Below are positions 63,401 through 64,000 of a stretch of DNA of 64,000 bases, in pieces. The notes under the pieces were generated by a model. It saw only the letters and a list, made by a program, of their open reading frames with translations, made no database searches and was not told the origin of the DNA. This stretch comes from Torpedo marmorata (lineage: Eukaryota): positions 72,602,001 to 72,666,000 of the forward strand of contig OZ360235.1 of the NCBI GenBank assembly GCA_977017645.1. Direction: 5' to 3'. Both the position numbers and the translations under genes were made by a program. Every line of letters begins with the position of its first letter. The stretch's first letter is position 1.

Positions 63401-64000
63401 TTGGTATGATCGAAAGGCTAAGATGAGAACTTTTAAACATGGTGAGAACGTATTAGTTCTGTTTACCATCCATTCAAACCCTCTTAGGGCTAGATTTTCA
63501 GGACCCTATAGAGTTAAGTCAAAAATTAATGATGTCACCTATGTCATAGATACACCTAATCGCAGACGAGACACACAGGTCTGTCATGTGAATATGATTA
63601 AGCCATAATTTGAACAGGTGCCACACAAAGGGACTGAAAATTTACCAGAGGTACTGGTTATTGATCAGGGTAAAGAAGAGACAGATGAAACCAGTTTCAG
63701 AGAGGGTCATGGGACACAAAATTTGATAAGCCCGAGGTTAGAAAATTCCATGATTTTGCGCACTCTGGAGACAAAGTTGGCTCATCTGAAAACTTCAGAA
63801 AAGGAAGAGATGAGTCAGTTATTTTTAAAATTTATAAATTTATTTCCCGATGTGCCTCAGAAAATTTCTATCGCTTATCATGATGTGGATGTAGGAGATG
63901 CAAGACCGATAAAACAGCATCCCTATCGAATCAATGCGGAAAAGTGCAAACTGGTAGATCAGGAAATTGACTACATGGTAAAGAACAATATCATTCGAAA
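60464..64000 (+). pseudogene. Gmr1-type gag-pol polyprotein with several frameshifts and stops
   Basis: Gag VPPFEE..YFQHFEK, AYELVPEAYRQKFR (SCAN/capsid-like); CHYCRKAGHMLASC; ILRDTGA; integrase H..H..CHTC, VDCVGP, SDQGSNF, YHPESQGALE, RFSGPY; then FPDVP..HDVDVGDARPIKQHPYR. Breaks near 61480, 61550, 63370 and 63606. Confidence 0.9.

Larger units (their letters stand above)
58555..64000 (+). mobile_element. Gypsy LTR retrotransposon, Gmr1 clade (gag-PR-IN-RT order), cut by window end
   Basis: LTR TGTTAT...TGTAACA, tRNA-Pro PBS, gag, CCHC knuckle, protease, integrase, then RT N-terminus. Confidence 0.93.

Overview
This is eukaryotic, repeat-rich vertebrate DNA. The repeat families suggest a cartilaginous fish, probably a ray (inference). 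It holds two convergent host genes: the last three coding exons of an ARL8-family small GTPase (+; 14427-14494, 16637-16707, 25353-25402) and an intronless TMEM229A in a CpG island (-; 32190-33227). Most of the rest is decayed mobile DNA: L1, CR1 and Rex1/Babar LINEs, Penelope-like elements (PLEs), a nearly intact pogo/POGK-type transposon, Tigger/pogo/hAT MITEs, three Chapaev3-type derivatives, SINEs, and a Gmr1-type Gypsy LTR retrotransposon. The most notable observations are: (1) one ~125-nt retroposon tail occurs behind three different heads: a complete tRNA-Thr(TGT), a 5S rRNA, and an unidentified body, and the two Pol III heads are joined at their oligo-T 3' ends; (2) ~100-bp PLE-end insertions with their own target-site duplications (TSDs) consist mostly of a minimal hammerhead-ribozyme motif; (3) a 442-bp spacer-less palindrome is centred on a PLE end; (4) several nested insertions have readable TSDs; (5) the ARL8 gene next to TMEM229A may be a third paralogue, ending in Cys. 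All coordinates were read by eye, and repeat boundaries are approximate unless a TSD or TIR is quoted.
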